Of a stretch of DNA of 64,000 bases, positions 11,120 to 24,288 are shown piece after piece. Numbering within the stretch: the stretch's first letter is position 1; every line of letters begins with the position of its first letter. The translations under genes were made by a program, and so were the position numbers. Origin of the DNA: Felis catus (lineage: Eukaryota); the NCBI RefSeq assembly GCF_018350175.1, contig NC_058368.1, positions 176,392,001-176,456,000 of the forward strand. Reading direction: 5' to 3'. The notes beneath the pieces were generated by a model. It was not told where the DNA came from. It did not search any database and was given only the letters and a program-made list of their open reading frames with translations.

Positions 11120-12720
11120 GATGGAAATACAAAATGACGTATGTGCAGGCTATTCACCACAGCATGGCTGTAATAGCAGACAACTGGGTACTATCCAAAT
11201 GTCCATCCAAGGGGACCGGTTAATAAACTATAGACCAAGCGGAGGATGATCCAGCTGTAAAGGGGAATGAGGAAGGTCTCTTTACATCAAAAGAAAAAAG
11301 CAAACGGTGGAACACTGCTTCTGTTAAATTTTAAGCATATGTTTGTGGGGGGGGGGCGTGGATAGTGACAAAAAATGATTTATATCCTTGCTTACATCTT
11401 CATATTTGTGATGTTATAGCCACAGATTTAATTTGTAAGAGCCACAACGTCCATCACCAGGCAGAAAGATAGGTAAATTATGGCATATCCGCACAATGGA
11501 CTACTACCCAGCAATAAAAAGCAATGAAGTACTGACATGAGTAACAACATGGATGATTCTCAAAACAACTGTACTGCATGAAACACAAACTAGGGTACAC
11601 GTGGTATGATTCCACCTATATAAAATTCTCATCAGTGTTTAACGGGGTGCTCGGTATACGGGTCTTGAACTCCTTTTGTCACATGTATCCCTAAATATGT
11701 ACTATTTTTTTATTTATTTTTTATTTTTATTTTTTTTTTCAACGTTTATTTATTTTTGGGACAGAGAGAGACAGAGCATGAATGGGGGAGGGGCAGAGAG
11801 AGAGGGAGACACAGAATCGGAGACAGGCTCCAGGCTCCGAGCCATCAGCCCAGAGCCCGACGCGGGGCTCGAACTCATGGACCGCGAGATAGTGACCTGG
11901 CTGAAGTCGGACGCTTAACCGACTGCGCCACCCAGGCACCCCAATATGTACTATTTTTTATGCATCGCCTAAGAATGGTAAGAGTAACCATTTTGGTTAC
12001 ACCTGTTGTGTCTTTTGGAAGCTATAAAATTTTAGACAAGTACAAACTAATCTAGAGTGAAAGCAGGCCACCAGTTACCTGGAGACGAAGGAAGAGGTGG
12101 GCATGAGGAAACTTTAGGTTCACTATGTTGACTGTGATGATGGTTTCATGGGTGGATACATGTTAAATTCCTCAAACTGTCCACCTTAGGTATGTGAAGT
12201 TTACTGTATGTCAATTATACCTAAATAAAGCTGTTAAAAAATGGTAATGGCTAAAACACATCAAACAATCTGTGAGTGCATAACGACACTTCAAAAAACA
12301 AAACACAACAAAAGCTTCTTTGGACACCTTTGAAGTTACTAGGCCACCAACTCCTTATTCTGAAAACTAGTAGATAGAAAGTACTTATTCCGACTTTTTT
12401 TTTTTTTTGTACACAAATGCATTTCTAGGTAACCAAATAGATGATGAAGGTGAAGTTCTGTTTTACAGAATAATTTCAAAGAATAAGGCAGAAAGACTAA
12501 TAGAAGTAGAAAAATCATCATTGTGTGCCCTTTGTTAAAACACTGAATCTTAGCAATGATCCGAAACTTAATAATAGATAATTATAGTGGCTAAAATAAA
12601 AATAATAGTGGCTACAGCCACTGGAACCCAATGATTAACCTTAGTATCTCAAAGAGAAGACAACCAGTTATTCTGTACCTCTCAATGCAATGCAATTGGA
12701 AGTATACAGCATACTTCTTA
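11120..12720 (+). mobile_element. Cluster of old L1 (L1MB/L1ME/L1MC-like) 3' fragments interrupted by a SINE
   Basis: Motifs ccaaatgtccatc, aaattatggcatatccgcacaatggactactacccagcaataaaaa and tgtatgtcaattatacctaaataaagctgtt. Confidence 0.7.
11711..11942 (-). mobile_element. Young felid Can-SINE
   Basis: Full-length antisense copy; TSD aatatgtactatttttt. Confidence 0.95.
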
Positions 12721-13699
12721 ATAACTGGCCTAGAACAACCTCACATCTCACCTTCCATGTAATCCTTATCTCTCAGCAGTCTGGCCTCTGACATCAGCAC
12801 CCCCCCCCCCCCACACACACACACACCACTCTCTCTTCCTGTGCTATGTAAGAGCACCCAAGAGTCACTAAGGGCCAGATGCCATTGGCTCGCCTCAGTA
12901 CGGCCCCTGCTCTGAACCTGTTAACTGCCCCTTCCTTCCTGGATCTCTCCTGGCTGCCTAAAGCACCATGGCATTCTCACTCTCTGGCATCCTCTCTGTC
13001 TGCTCCTTTTCCTTCTGCTATCCCTGATATCCAGGTGTGCCCACAGGGGTCTGTGTTCAGGCCTCTTCTCTTTTAGGTCCCACGGCCAACTCATCCATGC
13101 CTTAATTTCCCACGCCAAGTTCCAGAGAGATGGGAGAAAGTCAACAAGACAGATGTGGATGTGGTCCCTCTCCTCAAAGAGTTCATACAGTAATGCCCAA
13201 GGAGCTTCCTCACTCCCTGGGGTGTCCTCCCTGCCCCCTCATACTTGATACGTCCAGAAGAAAACGCAACAGCTTCTCACACAAAACCTGTTCTTTGGGT
13301 CCCAGAAGGAACCTCAGGGATTGTGGAATCCAAACTCATGCAGCTTCAAATAGTTAAAGAAAAAGAGAAAGGGCAGCAGCATTTTGTGTTAAGAGACAAG
13401 CCCTCCTGACTCTTTCCAAGTCACCATCAGTGTCCTCCAGGGGCTCCCAAACGCCTGAGAAGTCGTGAGGTATGCTGTGTTGGCTGCAGGGGCCACAGCG
13501 AGGAGCAGCAGAGTCAAACTGGCTAATCGGAAAGAGGATGAAGAAATTCTCAAGGAGTGTTTTAGATGGTCTATCGGAAAAAAGGGAGTGGCCTCACTGG
13601 GCTGGACAGTGCCCTTCGCCTGTTACCTGGACCTGGGCTCGTCAGGAGAACAAAGCTCACGCCCAGCAGGGAGGGAGCATCAGCCTAAGAGCTCTAAAT

Positions 13700-14120
13700 C
13701 CCAATGCAATCTGTTCCTTGAACAGTCAAGCAAGCTTGCTCCCATCTCAGGCCCTTTGCCCTCGCTGTTCTCTGTCTCTGGAACATTGTTCCCTCAGATA
13801 ATCTGCATGCTTGCTGCCTCACTTCATTTACGCCTATATTCAAACATCACTTCTTTAGACAGGCCTGTCCTGGCCACTAACTAAAACGCCTCTTTCGACC
13901 TCCTTACTCTACTGTCTTTTTCTGTGTGGCACTTAAGATCACTGCCTGAATTTATGTTGTCTTATGTGCATTTGTTCATTGCCTGATCCCGCCATTAGGA
14001 TATAAGTTACAGGAGAGCAGGGACTATGTCTGCCTCTGAGTTCCCCTCTACCTCCAGAGCCTAGAAAAGTGCCTGGCACAAAGGAGATCCACAGAAATAC
14101 TTGTGGCATGGATGAAGGAA
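13700..14120 (+). mobile_element. L2 LINE 3' fragment
   Basis: cccatctcaggccctttgccctcgctgttctctgtctctggaac...gagagcagggactatgtctg...agcctagaaaagtgcctggcaca: typical L2 3' end. Confidence 0.75.
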
Positions 14121-14121
14121 G

Positions 14122-14305
14122 CAGTTTTTCTCCAAGCGTGGTCCTTGCACCACTGCCTCAGAATCTGCCAGGTGGCTGATCAAATATGCAGATTCCAGGG
14201 TCCCACTGTAGAATGAATGAAACCAGGATGGGGTGAGGATGGCAGGCATTTGTGGAAAAAGTGCCCTTCAGGAGATGCTGGTGCATGCTAGAGTTGCTAA
14301 GGTAT
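14122..14305 (+). mobile_element. MER5A-like hAT DNA transposon relic
   Basis: cagtttttctccaagcgtggtcc...cagaatc...aaatatgcagattccagggtccca...gatgctggtgcatgctagagtt. Confidence 0.7.
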
Positions 14306-16457
14306 CAGCTGTGTGTTTATCTCCAACTTCAAATGTTTTTCCTAAGGACCACAGGTCAACAGAGGGATGAGGAAAGGGACTGGCATTTCCTGGGCTCCTT
14401 ACCCTGTGAGCCAAGCACTACTGAGGACACTTGACCTACTCTATCCCCCTGAATTCTTCCTACCACTCATGAGATGCCATCGACAAATGTGTAAACTGAG
14501 GCTCAGAGAAGCTGAGCCACCTGCCTAAGCTCATACAACCAGCAAGAGGCAAAGTCAGGCTGGAACCCTGGTCAGCCTCACCCAGAGGCTCCTAAAAGCT
14601 CTGCACTAGCCCCTGGGCCCCTTGGCTGTCCACGCTCACCACCGCCCTCCTGTGCCTGCCCGCAGCCTGGCACCTGCTGTGGGTGCGGTGGGCACTTGGT
14701 GAGTGAGAAAGGGAGGTTTGGAACTGTGGTGTGACGCCGCCCCGAGGCTCTGGCAGAGCACAGCTGGACGGGGGGCTCCTCACCCTCACTTGCCTCCCAT
14801 GCGCTGTGACAAGTCAGTGAGTCCACGCTCGCACAGGAAGAGGAAAGGCCTGGTGTCAGAGCCTCGGGACATCAGGCAGCCGGGGCCTGGCTAGGAGTCC
14901 AGCTTCCCACTGTCAAGGCCACAGGGAGCACAGGCCAGGGGACGGCAAGGGCCCCCAAAGTGTTTCCAAATCACTGGAAACAGGACGCAGCCGCCGGCCC
15001 CACACCAGGACACAACATCATCCCAAGTGTGGAAGCTATAAATGGAAATGTATTCTTAGAGGGGCAGAACATGAGTGGGGGTTTTTCAGAAATGACCCAT
15101 CATCGGATAAAAATACAGACGGCATTTAAATGCTGAGCGGCAGGAGCTATTCCGGGGATTGGGTTCTCATCCCTGCGGCTCCCAGCCAGGGCATGGCCTT
15201 CAGCAGAGATTTAAAAGGAAGAAACTACGGGTGCCGGTGTTTTTAAGTTTAGGAGGAAAGTATTTGGGAGAAAGACAGCCGTGCCAAGACAGCTGTGGAA
15301 GGCGCGCCCTTTGGGGAGAGCCCAAATGTCACCTGACCTCCACCTGCACCCGCCCGGGGGATTCAATTTTACTCTCTGCTATGAGACCACCTTTTGAACA
15401 ACATTCTTCGCTACCTTAAGGAGTGAGGGCTGAGTTCTGGTGAGGCCTGGGGATAAAAGCCCTAAGATAGGATCAAGATTTTAAGAGGCTGGCCCGTCAA
15501 TGAAAGTATAATAAAGCCACAGCTGAGGTGGATCTGATGTCATGGAAAGAGGAAAGAGAGGATTTATTACGCCAGCCTCTTCGCTCATGAGTCCAAGCCG
15601 TCCAAGACGCAAAAACTAGGTTCAGCTGTTTTTTACAGGGAAGGAAACTGGGACTCAGAAAAGACTGTGTAGAGTCGCAGACTCTCAGGCTGAGACCCTG
15701 AACCTGGAAAGATAAGCAGACATGAGGCTGGAAGAAAAGGGCGGAAGGGTGTCTCAGGGAGAGCAACAGCCTCTGCTGAGGTTCCTGGCTCCAGAAGCCC
15801 AAGGTCACTCAATCAGCATACGGCAAAGCTGGGATTTGCACCATCATCCACCTGAACACGAAGTTACTGTGCCAGGCTGGGAAGCAGCAGAGTGTTTTAG
15901 AAAACGAGATCTGGCTGACAAATTACAAGGCGAATTTTTCAACAATCCCAGGGATCAAAGTGTTCTCCTTGGTGACCATTCTCATTTGGACACGTCTCAG
16001 TATTTTTCAGCTGTTCCATAATAAACAGGTTCCAAATGAAAAAATAAAGCCAGGTAGGGTCTTGAGGAGAACCGTCTTGGGCTGGCCAGTCCCCGTCTAT
16101 TACCTGCCCTCCCTCCCACGCACCTCGTGTCCCCACCAACGCTCTTTGTTCCAGAAAGGCCCATTCTTGCCCAGCTCTGTTTATTTACATGCACTGCACC
16201 CTCTGTCTGCGTCAGCCTTTCTCACTCCTCCTCCACCAGCTCATTCTTTCTGTCAGGAATGAGTACTTACTGTGGACCAAACACTGTTCTAGGTGCTAGG
16301 AATACAACAGTGGTCAGACACCAAACTCCCTGCCTTCGCCTAGTTTACATCCTAGTAAAAGAGACAAACAGTGAATGAACGTGTCAGTGCCCATGAGTGT
16401 CATGAAGAAAAATAAACCAAACTAGGAGACAGCATATAATATAGGTGCTGTGTTAGA

Positions 16458-16674
16458 TTTTTTTTTTCAACGTTTTTTTATTTATTTTTGGGACAGAGAG
16501 AGACAGAGCATGAACGGGGGAGGGGCAGAGAGAGAGGGAGACACAGAATTGGAAACAGGCTCCAGGCTCCGAGCCATCAGCCCAGAGCCCGACGCGGGGC
16601 TCGAACTCCCGGACCGTGAGATCGTGACCTGGCTGAAGTCGGACGCTTAACCGACTGCGCCACCCAGGCGCCCC
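16458..16674 (-). mobile_element. Young felid Can-SINE (left copy of a tandem pair)
   Basis: Full-length antisense copy abutting the T-tract of the next SINE. Confidence 0.95.
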
Positions 16675-16881
16675 TTTTTTTTACATTTTTATCTTTGAGA
16701 CAGAGAGAGACAGAGCATGAACAGGGGAGGGGCAGAGAGAGAGGGAGACACAGAATCGGAAACAGGCTCCAGGCTCTGAGCCATCAGCCCAGAGCCCGAT
16801 GCGGGGCTCGAACTCACAGACCGCGAGATCGTGACCTGGCTGAAGTCGGACGCTTAACCGACTGCGCCACCCAGGCGCCCC
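16675..16881 (-). mobile_element. Felid Can-SINE (right copy of a tandem pair)
   Basis: Full-length antisense copy; a 16-bp TSD taggtgctgtgttaga (16442-16457 and 16882-16897) encloses both copies, within an antisense L2 relic (~16250-17110). Confidence 0.95.
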
Positions 16882-17820
16882 TAGGTGCTGTGTTAGACCG
16901 GAGCAGGGGGATAGCTCTCAGAGAAGCCCCATTTGATAAGGTGACACGCAAATGTACATCTAAATCAAGTGGGAGAGCAGCCACACGGCTATTCAGGGAA
17001 GAACATTCCAGGCAGAAGGCATAGCAAGTGTAAAGGCCCTGAGGCAGGAAGCATACTTGGCAGGTTCCTGGAATAGAGTAAGGAGCCTGGTAGAGCTGAG
17101 GGGCAGGAAAGGGCAGAAGTCCCAGCAATTCTTTAAAACTCAGTTCACACATCCCTTTCTTTGAGAATCCATCTCTGATTAGCCATAGGCTGGCTGAGGC
17201 TCCACCTTCTGGGCTGCGCACAGTCCCTGAGCTTCTCTCTGTCACCATCCAGCACATGATGTGCTGTTACTAAACATGTGTGGACCACAGTCATGAATGA
17301 ACAGCACAGCGCACTCTGTCTCATTAATACTATTTGTGTTTTCCCCTACAAGTTGTGGATTCCTGCAGTGCGGGAACTGTCCTTAGCCTCTTGGGGTCCC
17401 TAGTGTCTGGCACTGAAATCTTAAGTGGGGAGCCTCATCTTTAAGTAACAAGAGGCCCACTGGGCTGCAGAAACTGGGTCTTTCCTGGGCCAAGAGCTCA
17501 CCTGAGATGTGCAGGTGAGTCCCCTTCGGGAGCCACTGGCTTCTTAACCACCCAACAGCAACAGGACTTCACAGAGGGGGTCTACAAGAGGCGGGGGTGG
17601 GGTGGGGTGGTGAGAGTGGGATGGGAAGGGGATGTCCTTCCCACCCCCAGATTTCTGACATCTGCCTCACCCTTGCTTTCCTCAATAGTCCACGGCTTAT
17701 CTAAGTCTTTAAGGAAAGCCCGCATGGGAAGATAAAAACGTAAAACCAATTTACTAGGGAGTGACTACTCATAGACGGAAAATGCCTTTTCCCTCTGAAA
17801 AAGATTCCAGGAAACATCCT

Positions 17821-17990
17821 GAGAGTGTATGTGGGGGAAGGGCAGAGAGAGGGAGAGAGAGAATCCCAGGCAGGCTCCGCACGGTCAGGGCAGAGCCTGG
17901 CATAGGGCTCGATCCCAGGAACCATGAGATCATGGCCTGAGCTGAAATCAAGAGCTGGATGCTTAACTGACTACGCCACCCAGGTGCCCT
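17821..17990 (-). mobile_element. Older Can-SINE, tail missing
   Basis: gagatcatggcctgagctgaaatcaagag...gcttaactgactacgccacccaggtgccc; no poly-T on the left side. Confidence 0.85.
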
Positions 17991-18049
17991 GACACTGTAT
18001 GTTAAATAATGAATTTAAATAAAAACTTGAAACCACAAAAAATAAAAGG

Positions 18050-18460
18050 AGAGGCGTCTGGGTGGCTCAGTCGGTTAAGCATCCGATTTCGGTTTCGGTC
18101 ATGATTTCAAGGTTTGTGGGTTCGAGCCCCACATTGGGTTCTATGCTGACAGCTCAGAGCCTGGAGCTTGCTTTGGAGTCTATGCCTCCCTCTCTCTCTC
18201 TCTTCCTCTCTCAAAAATAAATAAACCAGGGGGCGCCTGGGTGGCTCAGTAGGTGAGTATCTGACTTCGGCTCAGGTCATGATCTCACCATTCGTGAGTT
18301 CAAGCCCCGCATCGGGCTCTGTGCTGACAGCTCAGAGCCTGGAGCCTGTTTCAGATTCTATGTCTCCCTCTCTCTCTGCCCCTCCTCCTCTCTCTCTCTC
18401 TCAAAAATAAATAAACATGAAAAAAAATTTTAATAAATAAATAAAACATTAATAATAATT
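18050..18460 (+). mobile_element. Two tandem Can-SINEs (~18050-18226 and ~18229-18460)
   Basis: Two ggcg(t/c)ctgggtggctcagt heads, each with (CT)n and AATAAA; flanking near-repeat aaaaaat(a/g)aaaggag. Confidence 0.9.
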
Positions 18461-19919
18461 TTAAAAAATGAAAGGAGCAGAAAGGACCCAGCTTGGCCCT
18501 TGGCTAAAACAAGGAGGCCTAGAGTGGCTAAAAATCAGGAAGAAACAGAAATCTTGGGTCCTATGTGAAATCACCAATTTAAAAAAGATCATCTTTTTTA
18601 AAGTCAATATGCAAATTAAAATACTTCTGTGGCTCACATTTGGCCTGGATACCATCAAATTTATGAACTTGGTCTTAAATCTTGAGTTTTTGTGTCAGAA
18701 TAGGCAGTACAACTATAAAGTTAGCAGAGGGCAAAGATATCTAAATGTTCTAGAGCCAGAAGAGAACTTTGAGATCACGGAGTCCCCGCGTGGCCAAGAA
18801 GGTTCGTCTCTGGGATCAATTCCAGGCTGTCCAGCTGTGAAGGCTGAGGTGGATCAGCAAAGTCTACCAAGGCAACAGGGTCACCAGTGACATGCTTCCT
18901 GGGTATCTGACAAGGCTAATTTAGTCCAGATCCATTTTAAAGGCAGAAAGACCAAGGCCCAGGAAGCTACGCTCAACTGCCTAATGTCACATGTGAGAAC
19001 TACCTGTGAGTCCCAACAGAGCTCTTTCCACAACACCCAGATGCCCCAAATCTATGGGCTTTGGCCACTTTTATCTACCAAAGACTCATCTTTGAGAGAA
19101 GTCATCTTTAAACCGACAATGCAAGTCAATAAGAAAATTAGATTTTTACAGTGATTCATTTTACCCATGGCTTCTTAGAGACAAAAGCTTTTCTAAACCA
19201 TGAATGGGGTCTGAGCCCTGACGCAGCCATTTGAGGACGCTGCCCGTGGCACACACACTGTCCCGGTTGAGGGCCTTGAGCTGGCCGAGGGGCCTGGCAC
19301 CCGAGGGAGCCTGGGCCCACTGGAGGGCTGCAGCCTGCCTCCAGCTCTCCTCCCTCCCTCTCCGTGTGAGTCAGGACTCCTGACTTCAGTGTGCTGGTGG
19401 CAGAGCCTCCAGTTTTACTTGGCTCTTGAGCAAAATGTACTTTTCCAAAGGCCATTGATCCAACTACGCCTGAATTGTGCAATGCCCTGGCCAGCCTCCT
19501 CTGAGCACATGCTGTCCCAGGGAATAGGGACCGAAGTATGTGGTTATCACCTCCCCTTACCTTCTCCTTCCTTCTCCCCAAATGGGACGGAGCAGCGGCC
19601 CGTCTCCTAGCAGAGCCCAGTGGCATGCCTGCCATCCCTTTGCTTCCCCTGGTCACCCGACTGCACCATAACCTCCCTCTGGCTCCCCACGCGGTGCACG
19701 CTCCTGAATAAACCACACCTGAACGCAGGCCTGGAAGAACGCCTGGAAAAGACTAGCCCCCAGGCAATCTAGCCAGGGAAGCCCCCACATCCTGCAGCCA
19801 CCCCACCCCCCCTTTATATCACTGCTCAGGGAAGTGGGAAGAACACAGGTCAGGGGAGAGGCTGGCGGCAGCTCAAGCATTAACAGGTGCCTTGTGTACT
19901 TGCCTGCCTTTTGAAAAGG

Positions 19920-20690
19920 CTATTAGAGCAGTTTCAGATTTCATAGGAAAACCAAGAGGAAGGTAGAGATTTCTCATATAACCCCTGCTCCCCACACACG
20001 CAGGCTCCCCCACTGTCAGCATCCCCCACCAGAGTGGGACACTGGTCACGACGGGTGAACCTGCATTGACACATCATGACCTCCCAGAGCTCGCAGTCTC
20101 CACATTCGGGCTCACTCTCGGTGTGGACAAATGTAGGGTTTGGACAAATGTAGAATGGCATGTATCCGTCCTTATAGTCTCATATAAAATAGTTTCGGTG
20201 CCCTGAAAATCCTGGGTTCTGCCTATTCGTTCCTCCTCCCACCCCCACCCCCCCGGACACTCATCTTTTTACTGTCTCCAGAATATTTTTACCTTTCCCG
20301 GAATGGCATACAGTTGGAGTTATATAGCATGTGGCCTTTTCAGATTGGCTTCCTTCACGTGATAAGCACTTAAGGCTCCTCCGTGCCTTTTTTTTTTTTT
20401 AATTTCTTTTTTTTCAACGTTTATTTATTTTTGGGACAGAGAGAGACAGAGCATGAACGGGGGAGGGGCAGAGAGAGAGGGAGACACAGAATCGGAAACA
20501 GGCTCCAGGCCATCAGCCCAGAGCCTGACGTGGGGCTCGAACTCCTGGACCGCGAGATCGTGACCTGGCTGAAGTCGGACGCTTAACCGACTGCGCCACC
20601 CAGGCGCCCCTCCTCCGTGCCTTTTCATGGCTTGGTAGCTCATCTCTTTCTAGCGCTGAGCAATCTAATCTCAGTGTCTGGATGTCACAG
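19920..20690 (-). mobile_element. Old L1 (L1MC/L1MD-like) 3' fragment interrupted by a SINE
   Basis: tattagagcagtttcagatttcataggaaa...catcccccaccagagtgg...gggtttggacaaatg...gtggccttttcagattggcttccttcac. Confidence 0.8.
20391..20610 (-). mobile_element. Young felid Can-SINE with a small internal deletion
   Basis: TSD tcctccgtgcctttt; reads ggctccaggc|catcagc where sister copies read ggctccaggctc(t/c)gagccatcagc. Confidence 0.95.
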
Positions 20691-22892
20691 CGTACCTGGT
20701 TTTTCAGTCCCCCAGGTGTGGATCTGCAGGGCCAGGGGCACTACTGCCTCATGCATTAGCTGCATGCCTTTGGACAAACTGTTCTCTGAACCCCCAGTGT
20801 CTGTCATTTGTAAAATGGGGATAAAAATACTGCCTGCCTCACGGGAGTAAGGGCTGCATGTGGAAGCGCATGCAGGGCATTGATTACAGTTCACAGCACG
20901 GAGCAAGCACGTGACAGATGTTAGCTGCAATTATCATCATCGCTGGCACTGTGACTGCCTCTAGCGCTCCTGGGTTTATTACCCTTGCCTTCTCTGCAGA
21001 GGAGCACGGGAGGAAGTGGAGACAGGCCAGGCTTTGGACTCACACGGGCTGGGGTTCAAATCCTGACTGTGCTTAGGCAACTGGCTAGACCTCTCTGAGC
21101 CTCAGTTTACTCATCTGTAAGGTGGAGGTGGGGTGGGGATTGCAGTCCCCCTCCTAGTGCTAGGAGATCAGTAAGCGGAATGCAGAAAAGAGCCCCTGGC
21201 GCCCAAGAGGCACCCACGAAAGGTCAGTTCCCAGCTATGAGGGAGAGGTCCTCGGTATCTGCTATGAACAGCCCTGCTGAGTCCACAACGCAGAGAAGGT
21301 AAACAGCGGGTGCATCTGAGGTTGGGGACGAAAGCCTGCTGGTCGGTTACCAGGGCCAGGAGGGGTGTCTACAAAGCCGAGTGAGCGCAAAGAAAAATGA
21401 GAGCTGTCCTGCCTAGCTGGCACCCAGAGGATGTCAGCCAGGATCAGGGGCAGTCACGCCTCCGCAGACGGCCAAGGCCTGGCTGGCCATCTTCTTAGCG
21501 TCAGATGACAGCAGAGGGCTGAAACACAGAGGCAGCAGCCAAGGCCAGCTGGCGGCTGTTCCTGTGGCCTCTACGAGGCGGAACCAGGGACACAGGGAAA
21601 ACTCACGGGACAACATCAATCAAAAAGTTCACACGTGCCCACCAGCACATTCCGTGGAACTGGTGGGTCTGAGCAAGAACGCTAGCGTCCTCCCATGAGA
21701 CCATCTTGGCCTTTTACCCAAACAGGACCTGCCCACCTGGGAGGCCCATTTGCCCCCTACCTGTGGCCAGAACAGGCAGTGAGGTGTCACACCCTGACCG
21801 CGCAGTGCCAGTGACCCCAGGAGGGAGGGACTGTCAGGATCCCCACTTTCCAGATGAGGAGGGTTAAGGCCGCTGTGAGGGAGCCTCAGAGCCGGAAGTC
21901 AAACCCGTGACTTTTGGACTCCCCACAGCTCGGAGTCAAGCCCGGAGTCTGCAGAGGCTCCACTCAAAGGCCTCCTTGTGGCTGGTTTCCCACCACTCTG
22001 CAACTGCACTGTTGCCCATTCACTCATTCGGCATCTATCCCACAGACATCCCTAGCATCTACTCTGTTCTGGATGCTGGGCTGGGCCCCTGAGATACGAC
22101 ATGGGCCAAACGAAGCCAATCCCTGCCTGCCGCAGCTAAAGTCAAGGAAAACTCCGCAACAAACGTGTAGTCAGAGGAGGAGGTGAGCGCCTGGAAGGAA
22201 CGGCCCGCGCACCTTCTGCCCTCTACCAGAAGCGAGGCTGGAGAGTATATAGGTCATGGCGGGCTGGAGCCGGCCTTTCTGGCGGTGAGTCCCAGCTTTA
22301 CCACTTCCGGCGGAGGGCTTGGGGGATTCAATCAAACAGCGCCCATCTCATGGGGTTGCTCTAAGAGGGGCCATGTGTTACAATGCAGGCAGTGCTTACT
22401 TAGGGTCGTGCCTGGCCCCGAGACTGAGTGCTCACCACCTTACCCACCACTGGCCACAGGGGGTGACGTACAAAAGGCCACAAGTATTTGCTTCCTCCCA
22501 AAGGAGAACCTTGTTCTCCCCTCCAAGTCCCTCTGAGAGCTAGCTAGCTGCCTTGGCAGGCGTGGCACCAGTGGGCCCAGAAATCAGGTCAGAAAGAGGG
22601 GCACGTGGGCTCCCTCATAGGTCCAAGAGGAGACACAGACAGGGGCTGCAGGGACCCCCAAGTTACAGCTGCTTCACACGGGTGGAAGCGTCTTCCCTGC
22701 ATACCCACCTCCCACCCCCCCAGGACTCTAACTCCTCTGCTCTCTTCCTGCTTCTCCCCAACTGGCCTTTCCTTCTGGACTCCGCTCCAACTCTCCTGAC
22801 CTCAATAGCACAGAGCTGAGGTTCTGAATTCCAGAAAGACTTGGAATATTAAAAAAAAATTGTCTGGCTCAGGAATGAAAAAAGCGTGCATG

Positions 22893-22916
22893 CACACACA
22901 CACACACACACACACA

Positions 22917-22957
<41 letters not shown>

Positions 22958-22960
22958 TCT
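22893..22960. repeat. Compound (CA)n(CT)n microsatellite
   Basis: About 13 CA units directly followed by a long CT run. Confidence 0.97.
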
Positions 22961-23234
22961 CAATTTAAGGACCCATTAAGAATTCACACACAGGCAGTAA
23001 AATCTCCTGACACACACAGGAAGGATTAATACACACTTAGGAAAGCAGTCATACTAGGGTGGTGGTAGGGATACATCAAGTTGGAAATGTGAGAGCTGGA
23101 GAAGAACATGGGGGCCTAAGTTTGCTCCTTACAGGGGTGTGGGGGGGGGCGGATTAATCTCTATGCTATGTGTCTAAAATATTCGATGAAAAATGGTTAA
23201 GAAGATTGAAAGTACCAAAAAGAATCAGACACTA

Positions 23235-23610
23235 CAATACAGAAAAAAATGTATTACACACCTGTGCAACACGGGTGAGACCCACAATCTCACAGATGTC
23301 ACGCTGAATGAAAGACCCCCACGTTTCATATATAATTCCATTTACGAGCCATGGGGAAGAGGCAAAACTAACCAGCGATGAGGGAAGTCAGGAGAAGGAC
23401 CCCCTCTCGGCAGGGGCACCGGCTGGGAAGGGGCCCAAGGGAGCCTTTGGAGGTACTGGTAAGGTTCTGTGTCCCGATCTGGGGGTGGCCCTGTGGGCAT
23501 ATGTATGCAAAGAGCCACTGAGTTGTATGCTTAAGATGAGAGCATTCTACAGGGAGCCATGCTATATCTCAATTTAAAAGTGAATTAAAAATTTAAAAAG
23601 AAAAAAATAA
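23235..23610 (+). mobile_element. Old L1 (L1MB/L1ME-like) 3' fragment
   Basis: aatctcacagatgtcacgctgaatgaaaga...ataattccatttac...aggcaaaactaacc...atgctatatctcaattt. Confidence 0.7.
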
Positions 23611-24288
23611 AATCAAATCACTGGCCAAGTTTGGGAACCCTCTGCACTGGCTTAGAATAATAGTGAAGAGACTAGACTGTTTTGGAATTTCTTTCCATAC
23701 CAGCTTGACATTTGATTCCCTCACTCATGTATCTATTGATGCCTCCTCTGGGAACAATCTTGAGCAAGGCCTAATGGCAGATACACAGGGGAAATGTCCC
23801 AAGACCCAAAGTACATTCACACATGTCAGGCTGACCGAGACAGGAATCCTGGTTCTGCCCTTACTTGCTGTGTGACCTGGGCTTGGTGATGCCCTCTCTG
23901 ACATCCGGTGACCTGATATGCAAAATGTGGTTAAGATCAAAGAAGACCATGTTCACCACTGTGCTTGGCATATACTATGTGCTCCCCGCCCCTCTCCCCC
24001 CCCACCAAATAGGACCTGCTAGTATGGTTCATGCTTTAACCCTCCAGAGCAGCGTTTATCAACTGTATGTTATAACTGATTACTGGGTTGAAAAATCAAT
24101 TTAGTGGATTGCAACCAGCATCAAGAAAAAATTAGATTACAATAGAATAGAAAATGCCTCTTTGCACTGCCCATAATAAAGGAAAGCACTGTTGTATTAT
24201 GCTTTTAAACATTACAGGCTAGGTTACGATATAAAACGTATTTCCTATAAAGGTAAATGTCAACAGCAATTAAAAGCCCTGTTCCACT

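Noticed and set aside
11676..12055. Recurring ORFs such as GQRETEHERGRGRERGRHRIG and FWDRERQSMNGGGAEREGDTES at many loci, resembling a repeated gene family
   Set aside because: They are translations of the antisense Can-SINE consensus; each coincides with a SINE carrying a TSD and A tail.
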